This document shows positions 10,127 through 23,132 of a DNA stretch of 64,000 nucleotides, piece after piece. Origin of the DNA: Octopus vulgaris. Lineage: Eukaryota. The notes beneath the pieces are model-generated. The model was not told where the DNA came from, made no database searches, and was given only the letters and a program-made list of their open reading frames with translations. The translations under genes and the position numbers were made by a program. Location of the stretch: the NCBI GenBank assembly GCA_951406725.2, contig OX597840.1, forward strand, positions 22,382,001 through 22,446,000, given 5' to 3'. Position 1 is the stretch's first letter, and each line of letters starts with the position of its first letter.

Positions 10127-13100
10127 GTATACACACACTCTTGTAAATCTAAAACAAATCATACACATGCAAGTGCGTTCGCTCGAACACACAGTCACAT
10201 AGCAGATCCTCCAGTGGTGGATGGTGGAAGCACTCGAACACACAGACACAAAAGTATACACTCCAACAGCAAGTGGATAGTGGGGTGGATTTCAATCGAG
10301 AAATCCAATTTTCTTGTTTTCTTTTCCCCATGAATATGACCATAAATACTCACATGTGTTTCAAACTGCAAATGAGAGCAAGAGAGAGAGATGCAAGTAC
10401 TCAATACATGCACTTTGTGAACAGTGTTTCTCAACTATTTTTTTTTAACCAATGGATCGCTTTCATTCCTTTTTTACTCTGGTGGACTCTCCTCGACATT
10501 TGATGTTTAAAAATTCCTTTCAACGCATGGTTATGATGCTCCCCAACTACTCCTGCTCAAGGGAAGAGACGCACATATTATCAGCCACTAAGGGACATAT
10601 TCAAGTGGTTATGGTCAAGCGAATGACCAGTAAATCTGTGATATTGAGCAGAATATTTGCTATAACAATATTTCTGCTTCAGCAACTCAGCTCTGAAATC
10701 TATCTGAGATAAAATGGGAAATTGGTCAGTTTCAAAACATCGATGTCCATGTGACAAAGTTTGAAGGGAATAATAGGGATTTCCTTTGATTTCTAGATAG
10801 AACCAAACAGGAAATGACTGACCAAAAATTTTTTTTTAAATGTTACAGTGTAATTAATAGTTGTGAAATGGTTGTTGCATGTCTAAAACATTGATCATGT
10901 AATTCTTAAGCTGCAGGACAGCTCTGATTACCCCCACCATTTTCTTTTTCTTCTCAAGACATGGTGTATATCCCATTTGACATTTCTTCTCTTCAGTCTT
11001 GGACACTGCATTAAATGTGGGTGCTGTCCCTTTTATCTTGGAGTATTACTTTACAGGATGGACAACTTCTTTTACTCCCAATTTTGCTGGGGGGAAAAGA
11101 AACCGGGGAAGACCTCGACTAAGATATTCCAAAAAGAAATATGAAGTGGAAAGAAATTGATCATAATGAATGGCAAACTCAAGCCAAAGGCTTATCAAGT
11201 TATGCCAAAGCCACAAACGGTCAGTTGTGATGATGGACCGCATATTGACTACCTTAGTTGCTGGTGTATAAGATGCATAGGACAGATCCCTATTTTACAA
11301 GTCTATTTTGCTAACCACTCATTGTGAATAACTGGGAGGTAGATGAAAGTTTAACATTTAGATAATTTAAAAAAACAAACTTTGTCATTAAATAATATAA
11401 GATATAGTCAAGTGTGGCTTATGTATGTTGAGGAAGACTGTGTGATGTGACCTCTCCACACGTAACTGCTGATGTACTGTAGCTTTTCATGAGTTTGTAC
11501 TTATTGTCATTAATAATTTTGCTTGTTTTCAATGTTTATTATTAGAAAGGTAGCAAGTTGCCAGAAACAATCGCATGCTGGGCAAAATGCTTTGTGGCAT
11601 TTTGTCAGTCTTTGTTCTGAGTTCAGATTCTGCTGAAGTCGGTATTGCTTTTCATTCTATAAGAGATGTACCAGTTGTGCACTGGGGTCAATATAATCGA
11701 CTTACCTTCATCCCCTGAAAATGCAGACCTTGTGCAAAAACTTGAAACCTCAACTAAGTCTGAGCTGGCAGAATTGTTACCATACTGGGCAAAATGCTTA
11801 GCTGCCTTTCACCTGTCCTTACATTCTGAGTACAGATTCCGCCAAGGCTGACTTTGCCTTATATCTTAGCAGGGTTGACAAAAGAAGTACCAGTTGAGCA
11901 CTGGGGTCAATATAATTAACTTACCTCCCCGACCTGAACTTGCTGGCCTTGTGCCAAAATTTGAAATTAATATTATTAGTAATAGTTATTTTTCTTTACT
12001 GACTTATGTTCATTCAGGCCCCTGGTCAATGACATAATAAGGGGTGAGGGGCATCTTATACACGGTAATAAAATAAAAAAATTGATAAGGTGCAGGCATG
12101 GCTGTGTGGTAAAAAGTTTGCTTTCCAACCACATGATTCCAGGTTCAGTCCCACTGTGTGACACCTTGGGCGAGTGTCTTTACTATAGCCCCGTATGTAT
12201 GTGTGTGTCTGTCTTTGTCGAAAGAGACCAATAGAATAAGTACCAGGCTTGAAAAAAGAAGGAAAAAAAACGTACCGGGGTTGATTCGTTCGACTAAAAT
12301 CCTTTGAGGTGGTGCCCCAGCATGACCGCAGTCTGATGACAGAAACAAGTAAAAGAATGAAGCCATATGTAAATTTTGTGGAGAGTGAGCGGGGTGGGTG
12401 GGGGAGCCATAAAACTACTGAATTATTGACAGCTTTTTAGGTATTTCATATTTGTACACATGCACCCCCCTTCTCCTCCCCCTCTCTCTTGGTAATAACA
12501 GTTTCTGCTATAAGTGAATAATTATGTGGTGTGTCGGGGGGGGGGTCTCAACCGGGGGGTGGGGTGGTGGTGGTGGTTTTTGTTAAAAACTTATGTAGCA
12601 ATGTAGAAGTCATGCTTCTACAATTCTTTTATTCTCTTTTACATGTTTCAGTCATTTGACTGCGACCTTGCTGGAGCTCTTCCGTAAAGTGTTTTAGTCA
12701 AAGAAATTAACCCCAGAACTTGTTCTTTGTAAGCCTAGTACTTATTCTATCAGTCTCCTTTGCCAAACCACTATGTTACAAGGATGTAAATACACCAACA
12801 TTGGTTGTCAAACAATGGTGGGGGTACAAAGACACACACACACCAGGCTTCTTTCAGTTTCCGTCTACTAAATTCACTCAAGGCTTTGATTAGCCTGAGG
12901 CTTATAGTAGAAGAGACTTGCCCAATGTGTCACACAGTGGGACTGAACCTGGAACCATGTGGTTGGGAAGTAAGCTCCTTACCACACAGCCTATACTTAC
13001 AATATTTGAACCTTTTTTTTTATACAATCCCCAATAATATTTAAATGTAAAAATATAATGGGATTTTTCCCTCAACATTGATCAAAGGGGTTCCATAGGC

Positions 13101-13189
13101 AAACAGTGTAGGGTCAGACTTAGGGTTTATGACATTTTGGTGCCCTTTAATTGATACTGGCTTCTTCAAGGACTTCATGCATCTCAATG

Positions 13190-13372
13190 TTTCTTTCATT
13201 CTCTCTCCTTCCCTTTCTTTGTCTCTCCTTCCTCTTCTTTCTCTCTCCTTCCTCCTCTTTCTCTCTCCTTCCCTCTCTTTCTGTCTACCTCTCCTTCCTC
13301 CTCTTTCTGTCTCTTCCCCCTCTTTTCGCTGTGTCTCCTTTCCCCTCTTTCTCTCTTTCCCTCTCTCTCTCA
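13190..13372. repeat. CT-rich low-complexity tract
   Basis: Pyrimidine-only run; source of the spurious ERERK and SLSL ORFs. Confidence 0.85.
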
Positions 13373-15984
13373 TACAGAAGCGATCGAAGGTCTCCAACTT
13401 GTCTGTTTGTAACGTATATTACAGAGGAGCAGTGGATGTTGCTTCACCAGAACTGAATACAGAAAACCATTTGGCTGCCCATTCACCCTTTCAACATTCA
13501 CATTCCTCTGAAATGCTTATTTATTCACATTGATAAGAAGTAGTCTTGCAATTAGTTTGGAGATTTCGATGATGTGATTGTTTTTAGAATAGTATTGTAG
13601 GCTGAATCTGGTCTTCTGAACACAAAATAGGTTGAGTAGTTTGGCCGGATATGGTCAGTTTAAATGCTAAAGGGTTAGATAAGGACTAGTAGGCATTAAT
13701 TAAAGCAAGTGGTGCTACAATTCAAAATAACAAGAAGAGGGGGCGAGGTCAGCTGATTGCCTTTGATGCTCTAATTAAAACCTATAAACCTTATGGTTAG
13801 CATCAGGATTGTTTAATCCCTCTTGCTTACATACATAGATATGCATACATCTGTGTGTCTGTGCTTAGAAGCTTTTTACATTATTTTTTTTTTCTTATTT
13901 ATTCGTTTATTGAACTGCTTAACGAGCAAACTATTCCTCTGACCTTGTAAGTCATGGATAATTATATTTATCGTTTAATTCAGTTTTCATAAATAAAGTT
14001 CTCCTAATCTGAAACCAGTTTGGTAAGTGCCATGCACAAAACTCTCATCCCTTGAGTCACTTTGTAACTTCTGTTGATGATAATTTATTTATTGTTTCAG
14101 TCTGTAGACTGAGGCCATGCTGGGGCACCACCTTGAAGAATTTTAGTTGAATGGAATGATGCCTGGTATTTGTTCTGTTAGTTTCTTTTGCTGAACCACT
14201 AAGTTATTGGGATGTAAACTCATGAACACTGGTTGTCAAACAGTGGTGGTGGTGGGGGGGGGGGCAGATGCAAAAACATACGCACACATCATGCACATGA
14301 CCAGTTTCTTTCAGTTTCTGTCTACCAAATCCACTCACAAGGCTTTGGTTGGCCTGGAGCTATAGTAGAAGACACCCATGTGCCATGCAGTGGGACTGAA
14401 CCCAAAAGCATGTTGTTGAGAAGGAAACTTGTTACCATATATATATTACATATATTTACATGACAGAGATCCTCATTTAACGTCCATTTTCTATGCTGGC
14501 ATGGGTTGGACAGTTTGGCGAGATCTGGCAATGTGAGGAACTGCATCAGGTTCCATTGTTGGTTTTGGCTTGGTTTCTACAGCTGGGTGCCCTTCATAAT
14601 GCCAACAAGTGTAGTGGGTGTTTTTATGTTGTATTTGCACGGGCTTTTTATTTCGGTCCCCAGCACCGATAGGATGTTAAGCTGGTCTCTCTCATCAAAG
14701 ATGGTTATATGAGCGTCCAGTTGTTTGAGCAACTGAACAACCTACTTGTTGAATAAGATGCAAAATGACCGAGTATACCACAGATATGTGACCCCTTGAC
14801 ATGCTGAGTCAGCCTGACACAATGTAACAGTGCTGAACATTTTGAATTACTCGTACAATTCTTCTAGCAGACTTGTGAAGTTTCATTCACGAGGCATCAG
14901 TTGACTTAAATCTATGATAAAAGACATTTTATTTACTTGAGGATCCATGCAGTGATGTTGAGTTCTGCAACCTCATGGTTAATCATGATGATGATGCTGA
15001 GGACCTTTTAGATGCCCTTCAAGAGATCAATGTTCTTGAGATTGAATATCTCTAAATCAATAACTACAAGAAAAAAAAAAAACATGAGTGTGAGGTATTG
15101 TGGTGGGTGTTGGCAGTGTTCTGTTGATTTGTGATGACAGGTGAGGCATCATGGGATAATGGAATTGATTGATTTAAAATATATTTCAAGGCTGGTAGTG
15201 TGGGTTCAATCAATATTACTAGCTAGCTTTCTAGGCCCTTCAATTAATTTGGGCTAGAAAATAAAATTTAATATTTGTTTTGCAATTTATTATCTAGACA
15301 TGCACATAGGTGTGCATGTTTCCATTCAGACACTTCGAGGCACACACACACACCCGCGCTCATACACACATTTGAATATAGATTACTCTTAGAAGGTACT
15401 CAGATTCTCGAGTACCTTGTTAAAAACATACACCCATGTGTACACAGCTGCCACTCTTGTGCTTGCATGTATGTTTATGCATGTGTGTGTACCTAAATAT
15501 CCAACATGCAGTTTAATGGTCTATAATTCAGCACTTGTTTACTTGACAAAATGCCTTCCTTAAATGCACAAATTGAGAGAGAGGGGGGGGGTCATGTAGT
15601 GGTGGTGGTCTTTGTAAGGTTAGTAATTTATAGTTTTTTTTAAATTTTTAGTTTTGTTGTGAGGGAGTGGTTCTGGAATTAGGCTATTATAAATATATAT
15701 ATATTATAGTGTGTAGTAGTAGTAGTAGTAGTAATAGTGGTAGTTGGAATCAATAACCATTGACCTAGTTGAAAATAACATCTTCAGGTTGAATACTTGT
15801 AATGGTAGTGGTGGAGTTGGTGGTTGTAGCAGTTTCTCATTGTATTACTGTCCTTTCTATCGACACAACCTTTGTTAGTATCAAGTTAGTGTGTGCATGC
15901 ACATATGCACCTAGGTGGAGTACATGCACATGTGTGTGTATGTATATATTCGTGACCTCCTTTATGCAGATGACTGTGACTTAG

Positions 15985-16600
15985 TCATGTGAGACATGGA
16001 CCCTTTACAAACGTCATGTAAAAGTCCTTGAATGCTTCCACATGCTGAATTTTTGCTGGATCTTCAAAACTCCAGACACATAGATCCTGAGGAAAGTTGA
16101 TATCTTGCGTATTGAGGTGATGGTGCACAAGCACCAGTTACATTGGACTGGACACCTTATTAGAATGAAGGATAGCAGGATTCCTAAACAGATGCTGTAT
16201 GGGGAACTTGTGAATGGAAAACGACCCTGGCAGAAACCAAGGCTGCAGTTTAAGGACTGTGTCAAGTCCTCATTAAAGGCCTGTGATATGCAGGAGACTG
16301 ACTGGGAGAACAGTGCCTGTCATCACCACAGATGGAGGAAGCAGGTTAAGGAGGGGGTCAACACCTTTGAGAAAGCATGTATTTTGCATGAAGAATTTAA
16401 GCGTGCTGCTTGAAAGTGCACCGCTGGTGTAGTGAATGGGGGAAAGCTGGGTTTAATGTTTGCAGTCGTGTATGCTTGTCAAGAGCAGGGCTCATTAGCC
16501 ACTAACGAAGCCACAAATACAAAATATAAGTTAGTCCTAGAGTGTACAATGTTCCTGAAGGTCAGCAATGGTCTTCCTTGGTCATGAGTGGACGGCCTAT
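15985..16600 (+). mobile_element. 3' fragment of an RTE (BovB-like) LINE
   Basis: CETWTLYKRHVKVLECFH, HQLHWTGHLIRMKDSRIPKQMLYGELVNGKRP..FKDCVKSSLK, and a C-terminal zinc-finger remnant VCSRVCLSRAGLISH*RSH. Confidence 0.85.
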
Positions 16601-16602
16601 GT

Positions 16603-16930
16603 GTGTGGCTCAGTGGCTAGACTATTGAGCTTACAATCATGAGGTTGTGAGTTTGATTCCCGGACCGGGCTGCATGTTGCGTTCTTGAGCAAGACACTTT
16701 ATTTCACGTTGCTCCAGTTCACTCAGCTGTAGAAATGAGTTGTGATGTCACTGGAGCCAAACTGTATCAGCCTTTCTTCCCTTGAATAACATCAGTGGCG
16801 TGGAGAAGGGAGGCTGGTATGCATGGCTGACTGCTGGTCTTCCATAAACAACCTTGCCCAGACTTGTGCCTTGGAAGGGAACTTTCTGGGTGCAATCCCA
16901 TGGTCATTCAAGACTGAAGGGGGTCTTTAT
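16603..16930 (+). mobile_element. SINE family C (GTGGCTCAGTGG..GAGTTYRATTCC head)
   Basis: A- and B-box-like tRNA head followed by TTGAGCAAGACACTTTATTTCAC..GCTCCAGT. Related copies near 33735 (-), 38225, 47695, 54070, 62045 and 62378. Confidence 0.7.
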
Positions 16931-17136
16931 GTCTATCTATCTATATATCCATATATATATATATATATAAAATTAAGACAAGTTAAAAATAATGGTCATT
17001 ACATATTTTTCCTTTATTGGAGCAAATTTGGTTTACAGCTGTTCCCAGTAGTCATAAGTACGTTACTGATAGGTTTACTCAACTAGTCAATTGATAATCT
17101 TTCACTATTAACAATATATATATATATATATATATA

Positions 17137-17776
17137 TCGTTTAACGTCCACCTTTCCATGCTGGCATAGGTTGGACAGTTTGACTGAAGATTGGCAAGCC
17201 AGATGGCTGCACCAGGCTTCAGTCTGATCTGGCAAGGTTTCTACAGCTGGATGCCCTTTCTAACACCAACCACTCCAAGAGTGTAGTGGATGTTTTTTAC
17301 ATGCCACCGGCATGGTACCAGTCAGGTGGTACTGGCATTGATCACATTTGTATGGTGCTTTTTACGTGCCACCAGCACGAGTGCCAGTCAGGTGGCACTG
17401 GCATTGATCACATTTGTATGGTGCTTTTTACGTGCCACCAGCACGAGTGCCAGTCAGGTGGTTCTGGCATTGGCCACGACAATGATTTCACTTGACTCAA
17501 CAGGTCTTCTCAAGCACAGTTTATTGCCCAATGATTGAAGGCTACTCTTAAATGGGCGGGTTTTGCAACACTGGTATAGGCCATAGTTACGGTCTCGCTT
17601 GGTTTGCCAGGTCTTCTCAAGCACAGCATATCTCCAAAGGTCTTGGTTGCTTGTCATTGCCTTCGTGAGACCCAACGTTTAATGGTCGTGCTTCACCACC
17701 TCATCCCAGGTCATCCTGGGTCTACCTCTTCCACAGGTCTTTCCACTCTTAGGCTGTAACACTTTTTCACACAGCT
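17137..17776 (-). mobile_element. 3' end (ORF tail + 3'UTR) of the RTE family seen at 51271 and 59351, with an internal 66-bp tandem repeat
   Basis: Minus strand reads GRGRPRMTWDEVVKHD..LGLTKAMTSNQDLWRYAVLEKT, matching 61320-61450. A 66-bp unit is repeated about 2.8x at 17290-17476. Confidence 0.85.
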
Positions 17777-20700
17777 GAGAGAGAGAGAGGTCAAGAAAAT
17801 TTGAGGCAGTATGGATATCAATCAGTTAATATATATAGAGGCAACTGTATTTGATGAGGTGTGTTCTACCCTTGCTGTTGTTTAGTCCCAGGTTAGCCTG
17901 AACTCTGCAGACCTGTAATCATGTTACCTGTTTGCAGATTATCTGGTCTAATGTGTACTTTCTTCAGCTATAAATGGAAGATTTCAGTAGTAAATGGTTG
18001 AACGATGGATTGTATGGAGACTTTCTCATTGGTTCATTTCTTCTTTCTGTTTTATACTTGTTTGTCATTGGACAACAGCCATGCTGGGGCACCACCTTGA
18101 AAAACTTGAAGTCAAATGAAGTTCCCCCCCCCCTCCGGGAAGTACTTTTTAGAAAAAGTAGCCTGGTATTTATTCTATCATTGATTTTTGCCAAACTGCT
18201 AAGTTATGAGGACATAAACACACCATCACTGGTTGTCAAGTGGTGGTGGGATACACACATGCAGATATAGACAAACATGCGCATGCATATGCACACACAC
18301 ACACACACACACAGTGTGCTTCTTTCAGTTTGTCTACCAGATCTACTCGTGAGGCTATTGTAGAAAACACTTGGCCGAGCCGCCAAGCAGTGGTACTGAA
18401 CCTGGGGCCATGTGGTTGGGAAGCAATACTTTTTACCACACAGCCACACCAGTAGAAAGTCTGTACTCACTGATTACGATCACTGTGGGGCACATAGGAA
18501 GAAGAGAGGGAACCAAATCTCAGGATGTTGGCTTTTATGGACGAAAACTGCTCACCCAGTGAACCTGTATTTGTGGAGTAGACGAATGGTCTGTGCATTC
18601 ATGTGTACGTAATAATTAGAGAGCAGTAATGCTGTCAAAATGTAATCACTGTGGAGCTTAAAGTTTATGGTTTAATCACTATTTATTGACTAATATTAAT
18701 CATAAAGGTCAGGTCTTAATACAGCCAGTGTGTTGTGGACTCTGGGTAAGGCACTTAATTCCCACTTGTCCTGTTTACTTCATTGAGCAGAAATTCAGTT
18801 CCCCCCTCCATACATACACACACTCTCTCTCTCTCTCACTCTCTTTCATAGTTAATTAAAAAGAAAGGGCTGTTCAAGACCCTCTGTTTTTGCATGGGGC
18901 GGGTTTCTGAGACTGATGAGAAAGGGGGAAGAGATTATGTCCAGACCAGAGACTTGGTTTGGATACTTGCAACATGATAGACTCTGAGAGCCATCTCCCA
19001 GGATGGGGACAGAGTGGAGGGTTTGAACACAGGCATCAAATTTTGGCAGAAGGTCAGCAAATTCAGTGGAGGGGTAAGTCGATTACATCAACTCCTGTGT
19101 CAAACTAATCTTATCGACTCTGAAAGGATGACAGGCAATGTTGTCCTCAGTGGAATTTGAACTCAGAATGTAAAGTTGGAAGAAATGCTGCTAAGCATTT
19201 TGTCCAGCACCGTAATGCTTCTACCAGCTCACCACCTTAAACCATTGCTATAAGATTGGTTTCAAATTTTGGCACAAGGCCAGCAAATTCAGTGGAGTGC
19301 TAAACTGGAACTAACTCTGTCAACCCTGAAAGGGTTAAAGGGAAAATCAACCTCAGTGGAATTTGAACACAGAACATAAAGATGGACAAAATGCAGCTCA
19401 GCATCTTGCCTGATGTGCTCAGGATTCTGCCATCTTGCTGCATTACATTATTGCAAATATTGGAAGAAATATTGTCCAGTGGTGGACTGATGATTCTGCC
19501 TGGCCAACACTCTAGGAAAGTACTTTAATGACTCTACATATGTAGGCATGGCTGCGGTTGAGAATCTTGCTTCTTGACCATGTGGTCTTGACTTCAATCA
19601 ATTTGGCCAAATATATCCTACTATAGTCATGGGCTGACCAAATCCTTGTGAATGGATTTGGTGGAAAGAAACTGAAAAAAGCCTGTCATGTGTGTATGTC
19701 TACCTTTTGTCTTGACATCAAGTGATGTCTGTTTCTAGACTTCAATGAAAACCATGGGGGAAATATTCCCTTGCTTGGAAGCAGGTGAGGGTTGGTGACA
19801 GGAAGGGCATTCAGCTGTAGAAAATCTGCCTCGGCAAATTCCATTTGACTCATTCAATCATGGAAAAATGGACATAAAATGATGGAATGGTGGACAGTAA
19901 AATCGACCTTGTTAAGATTTGAACTCTGAATGCAAAGCACCACAGTATATATTATTCCATCTGGCATTTTAGCACCTACTTATGCAGACAAAGAAAAAAC
20001 ATTTCAAATGGTTTTTACAACTAAATATATTGTTAGGCACAGGCATTGTTGTATGGTAAGAAATTTTCTTCACAACCACTTGGTTCTGGGTTCAGTCCTG
20101 TTGCGTGGCACCTGGGACAAGTGTCTTCTACTATAGCCTTGGGCCAACTAAAACCTTTTGAGTGGATTTGGTAGATGGAAATTGTAAGAAGCTTGTTGTA
20201 TATATATATGTGTGTCTTTGTGTCTGTTTGCTCCCCCCGCCCTACATGACTGGTATGTTTATGTCTCCGTGACTCAGCGGTTTGGCAAAAAGAAACTGAT
20301 AGAATGAGCCCCAGCCTTCTAAAAAAAAAAGTACTGGAGTCGATTTATGGTAGTGAAACGTCTTCAAGGTAGTGCTCCAGTATGGCCACAGTCTAATGAC
20401 TGAAAGAAATAAAAAGCAGGTTTAAGATAAAAAAGTTTAAAAAAATAAAATTCCAATATGTTATTCAACCAGTTTGCATTTGAACTGGCCAGATCTCAGC
20501 CAAATGTTTAATGCTCAAACCAGCCAGATCTGGCATCTCACACCTACCCTAGAATCATCATCATCATCGTTCAACATCCACCTTCCATGCTGGATGCTTT
20601 GACAGGAGATGCTGGCCAGGCAGAAGACTGAACAATATTTTTTTGTTCGTTTTCACTTTTCTCAGCTTCCCCTGATTTACTCATTTACAATGTTTCATCC

Positions 20701-21861
20701 TATTCCTCCTTTATCTTCCGAACCTCTCCTGCTAATGGCGTTTACCTGTTATCTTTCTTTCTCTACTATTGTGTAGATAATTCATGATTAATTTAAAACA
20801 ATGTGAATGGATAAGTATTACATTTGGCAGAAAAATCTCAATGCTGAAGGGTTGTTCTTATAAATGTTTTTCCTCTTATTAGCTGTACAGAGATTATTTT
20901 TTTTTATAAAACTTATGGAATCCATTGTCAAACTGGCAGATAGAAGTAAATATTTATGAGTAGCCTTTCACAAAGAGGTACAGAACAAGACAAGTCCAGT
21001 CCCTTCACCTCTTTCGGTCGATGGGGCACTGCAGCCATGCAGCGTATCTAGGGTGAGAAAGCCTGGTGGAGCCCATCCCTCTCCAGGCTGAACTCATTTC
21101 TACAGCTGAGTGGACTGGAGTAACATAAAATGAACACAGCACACAGCCTGGTCCAGGGATCAAAACCACCTTTTTACAGTTGCAAATCCAACTTCCTAAC
21201 CTCCATAGTGGTACTCATTTCTACAGTGGACTGGAGCAATGTGAAGTGGAGTGTTTTGCTCAAGAAGACAATGTATTGTCCTGTCTAGAAATCAAAACTA
21301 CAATCTTATGATTGTGAGTCCAACACTGAGCTGTGTGTTGCCAGGGCAACAAACATCTGTAATGAAAAAATAAGAATAAAATTCCTGACCCAGACATTCA
21401 CACAACAAAGCAATATCGTTTCATAACACCTTTATGCCTTGTGTATTCTTAATTCTTATGAAGCAAATTTACCAGTGGGACGACCTTAGAGTAATAGGAT
21501 ATTTTGAGAGTAATGACCTCTGACGTCTAGGTGCTTCAATGAACTTTTCAAAGTGATCTTAAAATACTTGGTAACATTTAAGTAGGAAAATAGCTGTAAA
21601 TTTATTTATTGTATTGGTAGTATTAAGATTTTAGTAGTTAAATAGTTTTTAACTTTCTTAAGAGAGAGCATTGGTATGTACCTAGTGGAACTGTATGTTG
21701 TCGTTCGTGTAATAACATATTTGGCTGGTTAGTATGCATGGGATTAACTTGTTGGATGAGGTGGACCAGGTGTTGGCTTAAATAAAACATCTACTGAAAA
21801 GAGAAAAAGCATTTATGTTGAAAGAAAAAAATAGGTGTGTGTGTATACATATGTGCATTTA

Positions 21862-21902
<41 letters not shown>

Positions 21903-22000
21903 AATAAAAACAAACATTTGTATACGTGTGTGTGTGTGTATGTATATATATATATTTATACGTTTTGCAAGATTCTTGATGTGAATTTGTGTGTTGAAAC

Positions 22001-22386
22001 ATATTGTTGTATTTGGGGATGGTCATGTTGCCAGTTTAGTCAATAAAAACACATGCACTATATATCTGGTGTTCACTTGCTTCAACTTTATTTTATATTA
22101 ATTTTATTCCGGTCAGAGTTCTTTTGTTACACTTCTGTGACCCCATCAGTGGTGGTCCCTTGCTTTCTTCTTTCTTTTTTGTATGTCTTACTAATGGTCA
22201 GCCATTTTGTACTAATGGCTGATTATTAGTAAGGAAAGACACATAAAAAAAAGAAAGGAGAAAGCAAAGGACCACTGATGGAGTCACAGAAATATGATGA
22301 AAGAACTCTGGCCGAAATATGATTAAAATAAAGCTGAAGCAAGTGAACACGAAATATATAGTGACTATCCCCAAATACAACAATAA

Positions 22387-22388
<2 letters not shown>
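22001..22388. repeat. Inverted pair of a Penelope-like pseudo-LTR fragment, each arm with a degenerate hammerhead-like motif
   Basis: About 22001-22180 is the reverse complement of about 22245-22388, with indels. Both arms carry CCA-CTGATGG-[GTCACA loop T(G/A)T(G/A)A(C/T)]-(G/A)AAAGAACTC-TG. Confidence 0.65.
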
Positions 22389-22434
<46 letters not shown>

Positions 22435-22861
22435 AAATATGCAACAGGATATCAAGTAGTGATGTGTTACGTCCGTTTCAAGTGGATCAATTTAATTGAT
22501 AAATGAGTTAGAAATGAATTACAAACCCTTGCAACACTATGACCCCCAATAGGCTTCATGCGATTCTTGGAAGTGTAGTTTATTCTTAGCTACAATACCG
22601 ACAACATTGATTTCTTCCATCTTCTTGCTCTGTTAAAAATTTGAGAAAAATTATATTTATGTGTCCTACTGGTTAAGATTCTATTTATTTGTGCAGCTGA
22701 AAATGGCACTGCATTTAAATTGATGTAATGATTGCAGTGTTCAATTAAATGGAACCACTTGAAATGATTGTACTGCATCGCCTCTTGATATCCTGTTTTT
22801 TCGATTTTATTCTCCTTATTTGAGCTGTGTGGATAATACCAGACTGACTTGGTGCTTTAAC

Positions 22862-22910
<49 letters not shown>

Positions 22911-22966
22911 TATATATACTTATGTATATATATGTATATATACTTTATTTAAAGCAGCAGAAAATT

Positions 22967-23022
22967 CAACAAAACCTGTTACTCTGAGTTTCGCGTTGCC
23001 GTTCATCGGACAGTTTTTGCTA
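22967..23022 (-). ncRNA. Type I hammerhead-ribozyme-like motif (probably from a Penelope-like element)
   Basis: Minus strand: TAGCAAAAACTGT-CCGATGA-ACG(GCAA)CGC-GAAA-CTC(A)GAG-TA-ACAGGTTTTGTTG. Stem I is 13 bp with one mismatch, stem II has a GNRA loop, stem III is near-palindromic, and the cleavage triplet is GUA. Confidence 0.65.
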
Positions 23023-23079
23023 GATATATATATATCAAAACAAGCAACAGGATATCAAGTAGTGAATCTCAGTTATTTC

Positions 23080-23132
<53 letters not shown>

